Below, piece by piece: positions 38,483 to 57,924 of a stretch of 64,000 nucleotides of DNA (positions are counted from its first letter, which is position 1; each line of letters opens with the position of its first letter). A program made the translations under genes and the position numbers. The stretch is from NCBI GenBank assembly GCA_051294375.1, contig CM119268.1:7898632-7962631 (forward strand), given 5' to 3'. Below the pieces are notes generated by a model. The model ran no database searches. It was not told the DNA's origin and was given only the letters and a program-made list of their open reading frames with translations. Origin of the DNA: Paraspadella gotoi. Lineage: Eukaryota > Animalia > Chaetognatha.

Positions 38483-39411
38483 TTTTTCTTTCTTTCTTAC
38501 TCGCATCTTTTTTTTTCTTTCTTTCATCTTTCTCACTCTCGGGGTTTTTCTGGATTAGCGCGAAATTTGAAAAGGGGATTTTTCGCGGAAAAGGAAAGGA
38601 ATTCTGGATCTTCTTTCGACTCGCGCGCTCTCTTCCCCTTTCCCCTTTCCCCTTTCCCCTCTCACACCACCTCCCCCCTTTACTCACCCTTTCCAATCTC
38701 CATCTCCTTCATTCTTTCATGATCAATATCCAGTCACTCACCTCCTTTCCTACGCTTCTCCATTTCATGAAAGCTCTTCCTAGTCTGCCAATCCAATCCC
38801 TTTCCTTCACCCCTCTTCCTCCTCTTCCCCCTCTTCCTCCTCTCCGTATTCTTCATCCCTCTCCCCCCCTTTCCTCCACCCCTATTCCCCCTCTCCATAT
38901 TCTTCATACTCCTCTCCCCTTTCTTCTCGCTTCCCGGTTTTGCATCAAAAATCCATCAAAATCTTAGCCGTTTTTTTTTTCTTTCTTCTTTATTTCGCTT
39001 TGAAAAGCAAAATTTTCCGCAGCTTTTTTTTTGTTCCATTTGAATGGAATCTCAAAACGCGAACGATTTACAAAGTTTTATGCGAAGCGACGATACGAAA
39101 TAAAAGATAATTTCTTTCGTAATTTGTAAATTTATTCTTTTTAGAGCGAAAAGTGAAAACTTTTTTTAAAAAATCCGGAAATGAACTGAGTTCGAGGTGG
39201 TTAACCACGTCTTCTCTGTTAATTATCCATCGTGCTCGAAACACCGCTTCTTATTTTCGTTAGCTTATTTTTTTGGTTAGCCCTCTTTTTTTAACTTTTT
39301 GCCATGTCTCTATGTACTTTGTCTTTCGTTCTACCTATCCTTCTACCTATCCATACAGGTGTCATGACCCTAAGAAAAACATTCCCTTCTCTTTTGACTG
39401 GGTATCCCAGG

Positions 39412-39531
<120 letters not shown>

Positions 39532-39979
39532 CCCCGAGTTCATTCCCTGCCACGACCCGTTGTTGTTGTTTCAAGGATCAATTTGTGTTTGACAAATCTG
39601 GCATGATACCTTTTCTTGTTCTTCCCTTGTTTTAAAAACATGAGCGACTCTGCGCGGATCCGGATTAAAACTTATAAAAACAAAAGACGAGGACGACGAC
39701 GACAAGGAAACGAATGGAGAGGAAAGGAGAAAATAAAAAGGATTTGAAATAACTGTTGAGTTTAGTTTAAAAACAATTAGCGCGAAAACCATCGAGAAAA
39801 AAAAAAGAGGTAATTGAACAGGTTAACGGTTTTTTGGAGGAAAAAAGAGATAGTTGTTGTCCCAATGTTAAGAGAAGAAAACCTTGTCATATTCATCGAC
39901 AGATGACATGACGGTTACTGTGAGCACCGTATGAGCTTTCGGATTTTTTTTTTTAAATAAAACTAGGAAATGTGTCAGA

Positions 39980-40058
<79 letters not shown>

Positions 40059-40504
40059 TTTTCCTCCGATAGACCAAGAACCCCGGCGTTTCTGCGACGG
40101 TGGCATCGGCGGCGTCGGCGATCCCCGGCAGCGGTTAGCACTTATCTAGATTATCTATGACCAACGTTGGAAAAGAAGCCACCCCCCCTCCCATCTCCTT
40201 ATATTTCTCCTCCTCCTCATCCTCCTGCTCTTCCTCCACTCCGTCGGTTATCCCCACTTAATATGAAACTCTGCTTCCTCCTCTCGGGTCCTTTTAACGT
40301 AACGCGGCCCAAGTAACAACGCCGTTACTTAATGCGTCGATGAACCCATCGTGAAAACAGGAAGTGACGTGGAAGGAAAAAAGGAGAACGGAATTTAGAG
40401 AAGAGAAAAGGGAGAAAGAGAGAAAAGAATAAGAGAGGAAGAGAGAGGAATAGAAGATGAGTGCAGGTCACATCTCTCTTGCAGTATCAGCCTATGTGTC
40501 ATAC

Positions 40505-41148
40505 TATTGATGTGACTAAAATCCCACAACCGTTCATCAGCGGCCATTGATGCCGAGGGCAAGTCATTCCCTCCCAACCCAAAGTCCGGGTTCTAGCCCG
40601 GTGGTCGTCTGCCAGTTAAGAGGACGGGGCGCTTAACCCGCCTGTAACATGGTGTTACAGCCTGATCCGAAGCTCAGGACTGCTTATATTGAACGGTTAT
40701 GTCATTAACACTTATCAATAAATTACTGTCTCTCATTGGTGAGCCCGACTTCCGAACACAACAGCAACAACAACACTTTCAGGCGACATGCCTCAACCTG
40801 GCGGATGCACTTTCCGCCCACAACACATCAGGCGACATCCTCAACTTGGTGACGAACTTTCACCAAAACAACAATTTACTAGAGAGAGACGCAACAGACT
40901 TCTCCCTACGGGAGGGGGGGATGTATGGTGGACTAAAATCCACCAACCGTTCATCAGCGGCCATTGATGCCGGAGCAAGTCATCGCCTCCCAACCCAAAG
41001 GTCCGGGTTCAGCCCGGTCGTCTGGCAGTTAAGAGGGACGGGTGCTTAACCCGCCTGTAACATGGTGTTACAGCCTGATCCGAAGCTCCAGGACTGCTTA
41101 TATTGAACGGTTCTGTCACAACACATAACAATAATTACTGTCTCTTCA
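40505..41148 (+). mobile_element. Non-autonomous miniature LTR retroelement (TRIM) with a tRNA-like cassette in each LTR
   Basis: Direct repeats at 40505-40735 and 40924-41148 (TAT...TCA). PBS TGGTGAGCCCGAC at 40737 differs by one base from the tRNA-Trp PBS TGGTGACCCCGAC. PPT GGGAGGGGGGG at 40910-40920. 4-bp TSD ATAC at 40501-40504 and 41149-41152. The ~190-bp interior has no recognisable retroelement coding sequence. Confidence 0.85.
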
Positions 41149-44100
41149 ATACTATATTATTGATTATTATAATCGGTAAAATAACTGTACTGATAAAAAC
41201 GATTAAAGTAATTTAGTTGTGTTAGTTATAACGGATAATATAACTAATCGATTAAGTTAAACATTTAGAACTGAGACAATTCTAAATAATTTCTCTCTCT
41301 CTCTCTCTCTCTCTCCCTTCTTTCACACAAAAAACTGTACAAATTTTCACAAATCATTGACGCTGAAGAAGGCTTGCATCCAAAGCCGAAACATGTACGT
41401 TTTATATGATAAAATAAAATTCGTTGTGAAACAAAATCATTTTGCCCCAATACATATAACAACGAAAAAGAAAGGTTATTACCACTAAATAATTTCAATA
41501 AAATAATTAGTATTTTTGGCAAATGCTTTTTAAAAGATACAGCAAATAATTATTTTAGAACATTTTGTTTACTCTTAAAATTAATAACTCTGATTTACCA
41601 TTTGATTGCTTTGGAATTTGGAAATATTTTTTTTTCAAAATAAAATAGAAATAAAAGTCCAAGTTTGTTGCTCATTTGACATGTTACAAAAACTTTGTCT
41701 TGGCTCTGCAGAGTTACTAAGGACCTCATTCGTTTCAGCCATAACAGAAAAAAGAGCATCTAGTTTCAGAAATACGTTTAATTGATATTGAATTCAGGTA
41801 GAAAAATTTCGAATTATCTTTTAAGCTTATTGCCCCATTTTAAATTTTACGAATTATAAATAATGTTAAATCAGTAAAAAGGCAGAAACACGTAAATCAA
41901 ATGAATATACATATGACCTATATGCTATGTGCTATGTGCTATGTGCTATATGCTATAAGACAGCTCGGTGTAAAGCTTTCTGTAATTTTGTTGTATGAAA
42001 TTGTAATTGTATTTATATTTATCAAAACCTAGGACCGAAAACTGTAATCAGCATAATTAAAAATTATGACAACAAGTTAACTAACAGCAATAATGGTAAA
42101 AACGACAATGTTCCACTTTCATTAACATAATAACTGGATTCTTGTTTTTAATTTTAAGCAAACTTTTATCTAAAATTTCTGAATAGACGCCAGGGAGCGC
42201 TACATTCGACAAGTGAAAGCAGTGGACCTCGATAAGACGTGATTTTGAACAAATGACCAGTTTTGTATAAATAAGGTTGAATTGTCTGTTGACTCGTGCG
42301 GAACTGAGTTGTTCAATTTTATTTCTGAGATATATTACAATGTCAAAGATAAGTTCTTACCATTTATAATACTATATTTTGAATTCAATTTTTATTAATT
42401 TTTCTGTCCAAAACATTCAATTTATATTTTTTTATTTTCACTTTTTTTAAATCTATATATTTTTTTTATAATTTAAAATAAATTTAAAAAATAATATGTA
42501 AAAAATTATTTAAAATTAATAGAAATTATTTAAATTTAAATTTGTATAATAAAAGTGCATTAATAAAAAGAAATCTACAAATATAAAAAAAATATAAAAA
42601 TCATTAAAAATATGCTAATTACATTTATCTTTAAATTATATTATTTGAACTTGTGAGTGATTGAATAATTAACCCAGAGCAAAATGTTTGATATTTTTTT
42701 AATAAATTATTATTAAATCAGTTAAAAAAGTAATATGAATATTGAACAAGGTAGGTCAATAAATATGAGGTTGTTTTTTACTGTTTTTTATCTAAGGAAA
42801 CGATTTAAAATATTATTTAATCAATATTATAAAAAATATTTGAAAAATATTAAAAAATATATAATTTAATAATTTTTAAAAAAATCACTGAAAAAAAATG
42901 TTACCAATTGCTGTTTATAATAGATATCCTATAAAATGGACCATACTTGTGTACATATTCATTATAATTAATTTAAATTTTTCTATCTGGTATAGAAGCA
43001 GTGAGCTTTTCTTAACAGGTCATTGGGACACACTGTAGACTGCATAATTAAAACAGTCTGACTAAAGTAAGACAGCTGAATTCAACATCTTGATTTTGAT
43101 CTTAACTGGAGCCTTTATTTAATATTTATTTCAATTTTGCCAACCCTACTCATATATACGTGTGATGATAATAATAACTTAAAGGCCAGTACTTATTTTT
43201 TTAGGCACTACAAAAGGATTTTCTACCCACCCATTTATAAAACTGAACACAAATAAAATTAACTGCCATTTTTTATGGTTTGTTTTAGAATTTATTTTAA
43301 ACAAAAGATAAAGAGAATTAGTTATTTAGACAATTGTTATGATTTAAATACAAACAATACAATCCAAGAACGATGGCATATAAATAGTAACGAAAAAAAA
43401 ATTTCACCTAAACGTTTGCTCCGTCACGAGCGATTCTAAAAAAGGCTACGCAATGTGTCATCACTATGAATTTACATTAAATTTTAATTTTGATTATGAG
43501 TGCGGGATACAACGTTGAGAAAATGAGGCACCTTACTCGCGATTTGGGGCTTTCGGCCCAGCATCTTCGTCAACGGAACTTTGGTTTTATCTGCATCAGA
43601 CTAAAAAATAACGCAGGAATCAGATTTGAGAAAAAAACGAAATTCAATCGCAAAAAAAAACAATGGTTTCGTTTTTGGCTCATCGTCATCAGGCGTTTTA
43701 CGTTTATATCTACAGAACTTTCACTGTTACAAGACTCGGTAGAAAGGAGGGGGCAGAGTCCATTTTTTGAAATGAAGAAGCAATGGGATTCAACTATTAA
43801 CGCGTATTAAATTACGAAAATTTAGAATAATTAAAAAAAAAGCGACACAAATAAGTTATGTTACATGTTAATCTCATGATAGGTAAATGATGATAGGCTA
43901 CCATGAAACCTCTTGTTTGAGATCATGGAAAACTCCCACTTTTTGGGCGAGGCCAAACTTGAGAATGGCCTTGCCCTATTTTTGGCGTTTTAATGGAGCC
44001 AAGCTACATCTACGTATCGTACATAAAAAGGAAATCCGCGCTCGGATTATTAATTATTAATCAATAAATAATTAATTAATTAATCAATCGATTAAGAATA

Positions 44101-44361
44101 TAAAAATACAGCAATTATACACACCAAAATGTATCAATTTAGTTTTACAAGTTTAGTTTATTTTTGTTTGCGATGACGAATTAATAAATATCTAAGAAGT
44201 CAACAAACTCTCACACCAACAATTACATCTTCAACAATAAATACTGGGGATTTTTTGGATGGTAACGCACCCAGGCGCTCGAACCAATCAGACGCCGAGG
44301 CGTTAGACCAATGAGCGTTTAAGTAAACCAGGCACTCTACTACCAAAGTTGTATGGCACTT

Positions 44362-50131
<5,770 letters not shown>

Positions 50132-50506
50132 GGCGAAACAGAGCGGGGTGAGGTTTACTTTATGTAGCGAGGTGAGGTTAAAATTAGACCCGAGTTTCTC
50201 TTCGTTGGAATCGATTTTTGTGATTTCTCTTTGTTGTTGCTCAGTTCTTCTTTCAGTTCCTCAGCTGTTTCCTCACAGCACGAGAAGCGAGCGTGAGCGA
50301 GAGAGAGACAGAGAGGGATTGGCCGCGCGTGCCAGCTCGTTGCGACGGCGAGAGAGAGCGAGAGAAAGACCGCGCGCGAGAGATAGGGATGGAGCCATTG
50401 ACGCGCGCGCGACGATGACGTGCGTACGTGCGAATGCACGCGCTCCCTGGCGACGGAGGGAAGAAATATCTAGGATTTTTGACGCACGCAAGGAAATCAC
50501 GGGACG

Positions 50507-50606
<100 letters not shown>

Positions 50607-50914
50607 CGTGCAGAGACGAGGATGGAGAAGATTTTTTTTGTTGTTTTTCGCCAAAAAAAAAATCGATGAAAAATCGATGAGGCGTTTGATTAACCGAGAG
50701 AGGCGAAGTTTTGACTCGCTCTCGTTAGCGTTTTGCAGAATCGACTTGCTCTCTCGCTAGCAGATGGAAAAAAAAATTCGTCAATCGAGATTCGTCTCGT
50801 TCTCACCGTCGGAAGAGTGACGTGGATTTGAGATTAGAGATCGACTCGCTCTCGCGATCTGCGCGTGGCAAGATGGAAAAAGAACCGGGGACGGGGAGTC
50901 GAAACCCCTTTATA

Positions 50915-50963
<49 letters not shown>

Positions 50964-50974
50964 GAGGACCGACA

Positions 50975-51067
<93 letters not shown>

Positions 51068-51150
51068 AAGGGGGGAACGATTCGTCGTCGTAATGGTCGT
51101 CGTCGTCAGCGTCGTTGCCGATGGAACAAAAGCCGAGGGTCTGACGCGTG

Positions 51151-51269
<119 letters not shown>

Positions 51270-53062
51270 ATCGATGGCAGAAAATATTTAGATGTATATA
51301 GTATGATGAGCCTATATGAAGTGTTTTTACACCTTAGAGATTACAACATTGAGGCTAATTTTTTAGTAAATCAGAATTTCTTCATTAAATTAGTGATGCT
51401 AGTTAAGCACTGCTTAACTGCTTAATAAGCAGGGTATGGTTAACCTCGTCGTTTTTTTTCCGGTGAACTAATTATTGACCCGATTTAATGTTTTGAGTTT
51501 TCAGTTTTCTTCACCGGTGAATTCCTAACTAGCGTTTTATTAAAATACATAGCTTAAAATGATTTGCGCCTTCCAACCCGAGATACACATTTACTTACTT
51601 ATTACATAAACTTCCCCGTCGCTCGTACTTACTATTACCGGAGGATCCCGCCTCCGCCACCTCCGCCGCAGCCTCTGCCGCCGACGCAGAACGGGGTATA
51701 ACATCTGTCCCCCCAAAAGCAGCGGCTTCGCTGCGTCCCCACTGTCTCCGCAGTCCCTGCCGCTTTTTAAGCCTCCTTCACGCCGACAACTCGAACGACC
51801 GTAAGGTTGGAACGTCACCTGCCCTCGTATTTGGAATCGAGGAAGGAGATCCCGGTAGGATTCTATTTTAATTTGACAGAGATCTCGGTAGGATTTTTGA
51901 AAGAAGACTCATGGGTAGGTTTGAAAGGAAATTCCCAGGAAATGAATTAGTTGAATAGTGTTCAATAGTCATTAGTTGTAAATGAGCGAAACTAAATCTA
52001 AGATAATACTGTTATCTAAAAATAGTTTAATATTATTATAGACAGTATGTACATTAAGGCGGGCCAAAATTGAACACTTTTTATAACTTCTAGTTTTCTC
52101 AAAAAAAATTTTTTTTTCCTTCTATTACTAAATCGATTTTCAATGCAACTTTTTGAATTAGTTCATTTGGTTGTTGCACTGAAGCTTTTAAATATTCATT
52201 AATATATAACAAATGACAAAAATGTGTTTTTTTTTTATTTCATTTTTTAAGAACGGATTTTAAAAAGTTGTATTAATAACCTTTATATAACTTTTGAAGC
52301 TCTACCAGAATCTATTAAAAAGATAAATTTTAAAAATTATTTTTATTTTCATATTCTTTAACAGTCACTTAACCATTATTTATTTTAAAGAACTTCTAGT
52401 TTTGAACTTGTTCCGGACTAATGTACATACTTTGAATGTCATCGTCTTGGCAAGGGTATTGCAAAATTTTTTTAAAACTTTCATTCGGACGCGCTTTCCA
52501 ATAAAATGGTTTTTGCAAACATAACCCCACCACGCTTTATCTTCAAACATCACGCACCCGCCCTGGACGTCTGCTGCATACCACAAAAAATAAAAGAATG
52601 CCAAAGAAAAGAAAAAAGAATGAAAAAGAATGAAATGAAGAAAAAGGAGCGATAAAAAACTCTCTGCTGAATTCTCCAGTGGAACAAAAGATTTTTTTTT
52701 TTTCATTCATCGTCCTTTAAGCGGTTCACTGTGTGCTGACGGGTTTTTGCTCGGTTTCTATCTTCGTCTTTTCTACCTGATTAACCGAATTGATTTAAGG
52801 AACAGTTTTATAACCGTGAATATTTTAATAAGTCTGTACTAATAATTATGTCCGAGAAGCGACTATCAACAAACAGACGACTTCGCATTGACGAAGGACT
52901 CGAATTTCGAACGGCCGCCTGGAACTTTACCCAAACTATTGTTGGCACCGATTTTGGTAACGACAATTCGCTCTCATTTATTTTACACCGAAGAGCTTTT
53001 TCAAACTCCGATGCCTGAACAGCTTCGTCGACACATGGCCTCATCCCTCGACGACGACAAGA

Positions 53063-53094
<32 letters not shown>

Positions 53095-54867
53095 AGCGGT
53101 CGTCGCATGTCGTCGATTCCATCTGCCGTTTCATTTATTTTTCTTTCTTTTTTCTTTTTTCCTTTTTTTTTTCTTTTTCGCTTCAATTTTTTTTTTTTGG
53201 TTATCGCTTCTTACGATTTCGCCGGTTTTTCTTCGGTATATTTGTGGCACGGGGGTTCATTGTGTGTGTGACAGAGAGAGAGAGAGAGAGACCATCTGCC
53301 GAGAGATGCAGAAGATGCTTCACAAAAATCGATGTTTGAAAATAGGAGCATTGAGCGAAGGGAAGCGCCAATAATATCTCACTGTCGAGTAATTGTAAAA
53401 AGAGGCAAAAATATAAGCATTTAAATAATTTATAATTTTGTGATATCTTCCACTTGTGGATACACACTGTTAATTCTTCCCTTTTTCTGTGATAACTGAG
53501 TCGATGTGGACGTTGTGGATAACTGGATATACACCGATTTGATCTGGATTACTAATTGAAATTGTTATTAATGAGGCGTTATATTAATAAATAACTCTTC
53601 TATTTATTGTTCACTATTTATGACATATTTCCGATCGAAAAAAATTTGTCATCTTTCCACGAACTGTCGCCGGCGGCCGGATTTATCGCAAACTGAGAAA
53701 CGGACTGAACCGAAGTCCGGACTCTCCCTCGATCCGCTTTCGTCGTCGTCGTCGTCGTCCGTTTCCGCTTCACCGCCTCCACGCGATCGTCAACTGAGCT
53801 GACCCTCGCAGCGTTCCGCCCTTCCCTTCAGGCCCATTTCGTCGTCTTCGTCGTTCCATCTTCTTCATCGTCATCGTCGTCGTCATTCGACTGAAATAAA
53901 AACTAAAACCGCAGCTGCTGGCCGAATGGACTCATCATCTGTTGCATCGAGCAAATTAGCCCGGCACACGCTCTCTTTCTCTTTCTCCCTCTCCCTCTCT
54001 CTCTCTCTCTCGCTCTCTCTCTCTCTCGCCCTTAACACCTGTTCGTCACTTACCCATCCCATTGTGTTGATGATGTCCCTTGGGTTATCTCATGGATCTT
54101 CCGATCGATGATCGACGCCGAGGATGAGGTCGATGATACTCTGCTCGAGTTGTTGTTGTTATCCTTCGTTTTTTTTTTTAATTTCCCCCCCATCATGTTT
54201 TCTTACGAAATTCCAATGACTTCCTTCCGGTTTAAAACAAACTACATAGTTTTAACGGACAATAATTGACAGAATTAACTAACCTTAGTCAGATTGTTGA
54301 CGCTAGCGAAAATTAATGACTAATTAATGAACTAATAAATCAATCATGCGAGAGATTTAATTATTTTATCCAGAAAAAAACAGACAGGAAACGCGACAGA
54401 GTATTGCATTGCAATGAGTTGAAAAAATTCATATGAAAGCGACGCAAAAATAATTAATACAGTTGAAACGTTTAATAACTGTATATTTAAAATAAACCGA
54501 CATAGCGCAGTTATGTAACTATACAACTACAAGAAAAAATTTTATGCAAGTTTTATCGCAATTCTTTTGCCATCCCTCAACCCTAAAAAAAAATTATACA
54601 ATAAAAGCGTTGGGCCGTTCTTTTGTTGACAAGTAGATCAAAAATGCATTAGAGAATACGAAAGGCTGGCAGTATAAATCGACCATATCGAGAAAACAAA
54701 TTAACTAAATTTCAATTTGGCAGCGTCATTACAGGAAAGTTAAAAATAACCGTATTAAATCGTATACATCGACAACATCGACTAAGCAGACTCCAATCCT
54801 CCCAAGTCTGAATCCTTCGCACAAACAAAAAGGCACACTCCCCTCTCCACCCTTCACTTCTCCGTTT

Positions 54868-57343
54868 CTAGTTCCTCCTCCTCACGCAGCACCCCCCCTC
54901 CTCCCCCCTCGCCTTACCCTCCGCGATCCCCATCCCCCCGTCCTCCCCTTTGGGCGTCCGCTGGTAAGTGATGAGGATCTGATGAGCGGTGAACTTGTCG
55001 ATGTTGGAGTAGAGGAGAGCGAGGACGAAGACGACGTCGTCCTCCCGTCGGGCGAGCAGTTCCGAAGCGAACTCCTCGAAGGGTTCCGCCAACGCTTCGT
55101 CCACGAAGATGGCCGCCGCCTCGCGGACGTCTCGAGAGAAACCGCCTTGGAAGCGGGGGAAGGGGGAAAAGAAAAAGAAGGGAGTGAGGGAGAGTGTTGA
55201 AGGGGGAGGGGACAAATTCGTAACGTCATTTGATTAAATGATACATTTTGGTCTCTTGCGCATTTAATAAGGGATTGAATGAATAAATGTAGGAATAAAT
55301 AAATAAATAAATAAAAAGAATGAATTAATCGCTTTAATCAATTGAGAAGTATCTACTAAAAGAAGGAACTATGGTGGACTAAAATCCACCAACCGTTCAT
55401 CAGCGGCCATTGGTGCCGGAGGCAAGTCATTCGCCTCCCAACCCAAAGGTCCGGGGTTCTAGCCCGGTGATCGCCTAGCAGTTAAGAGGGACGGGGCGCT
55501 TAACCCGCCTGTAACACGGTGTTACAGCCTGAACCGAAGCTCAGGGACTGCTTATATAGAATGGTTCTGTCACTGATACATAACAATAATTACTGTCTCT
55601 TCAGAACCAACAACTAACCAATCAAGGCCACTCCAACTCTCTCTCACCGTTAATGTTTCTGACGTAAGAGTAATACGGCGCGATTGAGGCGAACGGCAGC
55701 AAGAAGACGAAGACGAGGTCGAGAAGGAGGAAGTGCTTGGCGAAGGGATTCGAGGGAAGAACGCACATCACGCTGGAGGCGTTGACGTGGGAGTCGAAGG
55801 CGCCGCCGATCTCGCAACGAGCCGTCGACGGGAAGGAGTAGTTGAGGAGGATCGCCAGAAGCAACGCCGCTTGAAGAGCGAAGGCGAGAACGCGTCCAAA
55901 GACGTTCAACCACCTGGGGATGTTTCAGGGGGAAAGAGAAGTGTTGGAGAGAGGGAGTGGACGGTATGGATGGTTGATTGCAAGACATTGTGATTCGAGA
56001 ATGGAAAAAAATAATTAAGCAAATTCTTTAAAAATATTTTTAAGTAGCGCTTTTCCGTTTAAAAGTATTTGTATTTCTATGTAAATTGGCAAGGTAAGAG
56101 CCATCACACTAATACACCGTCACTCTTATATAATTGAGAACGTTCTTTATTAACGAGTCAAACACATTAATTCAAACATTATATGAATTTGCCAATCACC
56201 AGTACGAAGCGTGCAGCGATTGCTTCAGAGTCGCCGGCATTCTTTGCTTGACGAAAATATTGAGGGCACACTGGAGCCTCAGCTGCACCCGTCGCTGCAT
56301 CTCCAGCACTTCGGGATCGTCAGGGAACACGGTCGTCGACCGCTGTAACATAAAAAATGAGTAAATCATTTTTAATTTTTTTAAATAATTTTTTAATCAT
56401 TTTTAATGACAACTATCGCTATGCATGCTGAAGTGCTACTGTACAGAGATTTCTCAATAATTTTTTTCACGATAACCATGCCCATTTCCCAACAAAACTG
56501 GCCCCCAAACCTTTCCAAACGATTACCGACCATTGCAATCACCACTTCTGACCTTGGCCCCCGGTGCTCCGCTATCCGCGCCGCCATCGTCGGGATTCTT
56601 CTCCGCCAGTTTGGCGATTTCCTTCGCGTCGTTAATGAGAGGTTGCACGACCGACTGACAGGCGGCGAAGTAGAGCAGGTAGGGCAGGTAGGCCACCACC
56701 GCCTGGATAAGCATCGCGAAGATCACGTAGCGCCGGAAAAAGTCGATGTCGTCTGAATAGAGAAAAGAAGGTCATTAGAGTTGAGGTTAGGTGAGGTCAT
56801 TTGAGTTGAGATGACATGCGACGACCTCACCCTCAGCGGAGACAAAGTTGCTCGTCGTCCGACAGTAGGCGTCCACGTAGGCGGAGAGGTGCGCCTGGAA
56901 CTCGTCGGGGATGTCTGAAGAATCCATGGAGGAGGGGGCGGCGTCGACGGCGGGAAAGAAGCATCTTGCCGGATCCAAAACTTGGATTGCGACTAGAAAG
57001 CCTGTCGTGAAGAGAAATTCTTTAATTAACAAGTTAAGTTACTAACTAAAGAATCGATGGAGTACGTATAAATCTAAACTGGATTATTAGTAAAAACATC
57101 GACATTGTGATTTTTTAAAAAATTAAGTTACTAGAAATGATAATGTGCTCTTCATTAAATTAAAATATCAGTAAGTAGGTACGTAATTGTAAAACATAAG
57201 AAATTAATAAGCGAACCTGCGAGGGCACAGGGGATGAAGGAGCCGACTTTTCGGGCGAGACGGTCGGCAGGAAAGTCCACGTCGACCTCGGCGTAGATGC
57301 TGCCGAGGAAACTCGACACCACACCCCCTAACGAGTCCGTCAT
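54868..57343 (-). CDS. Divergent innexin/pannexin-family four-TM channel protein (~394 aa, 6 exons)
   Basis: Exons 57343-57217, 57001-56831, 56752-56553, 56342-56200, 55913-55648 and 55145-54868 all splice GT-AG in consistent phase. Motifs: DFPADRL before TM1; loop-1 cysteines RCFFP...AYVDAYC; TM2 RYVIFAMLIQAVVAYLPYLLY; loop-2 FPSTARC...CVLPSN; C-terminal DDVVFVLALLYSN. Confidence 0.85.
55370..55603 (+). mobile_element. Solo LTR of the same TRIM family, in innexin intron 5
   Basis: The same 234-bp unit (TATGGTGG...TCTCTTCA), flanked by 4-bp TSD GAAC at 55366-55369 and 55604-55607. Confidence 0.85.
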
Positions 57344-57903
57344 CTTCCGTTGTTTTGTTTATTTACTGTTTTTGGTTTTTTTGCTTATTCAACAATTCGA
57401 GCTCTCCGAGAAAATTTCAATATTTTTTTGGGGTGTTTTGAATGAACCGAAATCCCGTGTTTTGCTTCAAACTTTCGTTTTAATATTTTTTGTTTCTGGC
57501 CCGAAATCGATGATGATCCAAGTTGGAGATTTTCCTGGGATCGCTCGTCAGAATCTCTCTCCACATCATCGTCTCTATTATTTTAAAATCAATGAGGTTC
57601 ATGTTAATTTTTATCGACAAATCTGAGCGCCTTCTGAGCGGCTTTGGCTAATGAACAAAAAAAATTTATCTTTATAAAGATATAGTTATTTAGCTTACAG
57701 GTGTGAAATCTTAAGATGCAGGCAAGGTAAAAAAAAAAGTAAAAAAATGTTAAGAGGACTCCAAAACGATAATGTTTCCTTTCAAACTCGAGTGATATCG
57801 AATGCAATAGCCCGAAGTGGTAACTTTTTTCCTTTAAATAAGTATTCTTGAAGTCGATGAGTCACTGACTTCGCCAGGCGGCCTCCCGCTGAAATCTACC
57901 ACG

Positions 57904-57924
57904 CTTCCTCTTGCTCTTTCCGCT
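57904..57924 (+). promoter_or_regulatory. TCT/5'TOP-like pyrimidine initiator
   Basis: CTTCCTCTTGCTCTTTCCGCT sits in a GC-richer island, divergent from the innexin start and upstream of the snoRNA introns. Confidence 0.35.

Noticed and set aside
40699-41049. 116-aa ORF across the TRIM interior
   Set aside because: No gag or pol motifs; it runs through LTR sequence and is probably a chance ORF.
40505-41148. Hammerhead retrozyme (CTGATGA on the minus strand of each LTR)
   Set aside because: No GAAA core follows a stem II, so the motif cannot form a hammerhead.
55403-55475. Functional tRNA gene or plain SINE
   Set aside because: The D and anticodon stems are degenerate, and the unit is internal to an LTR with PBS, PPT and 4-bp TSDs.
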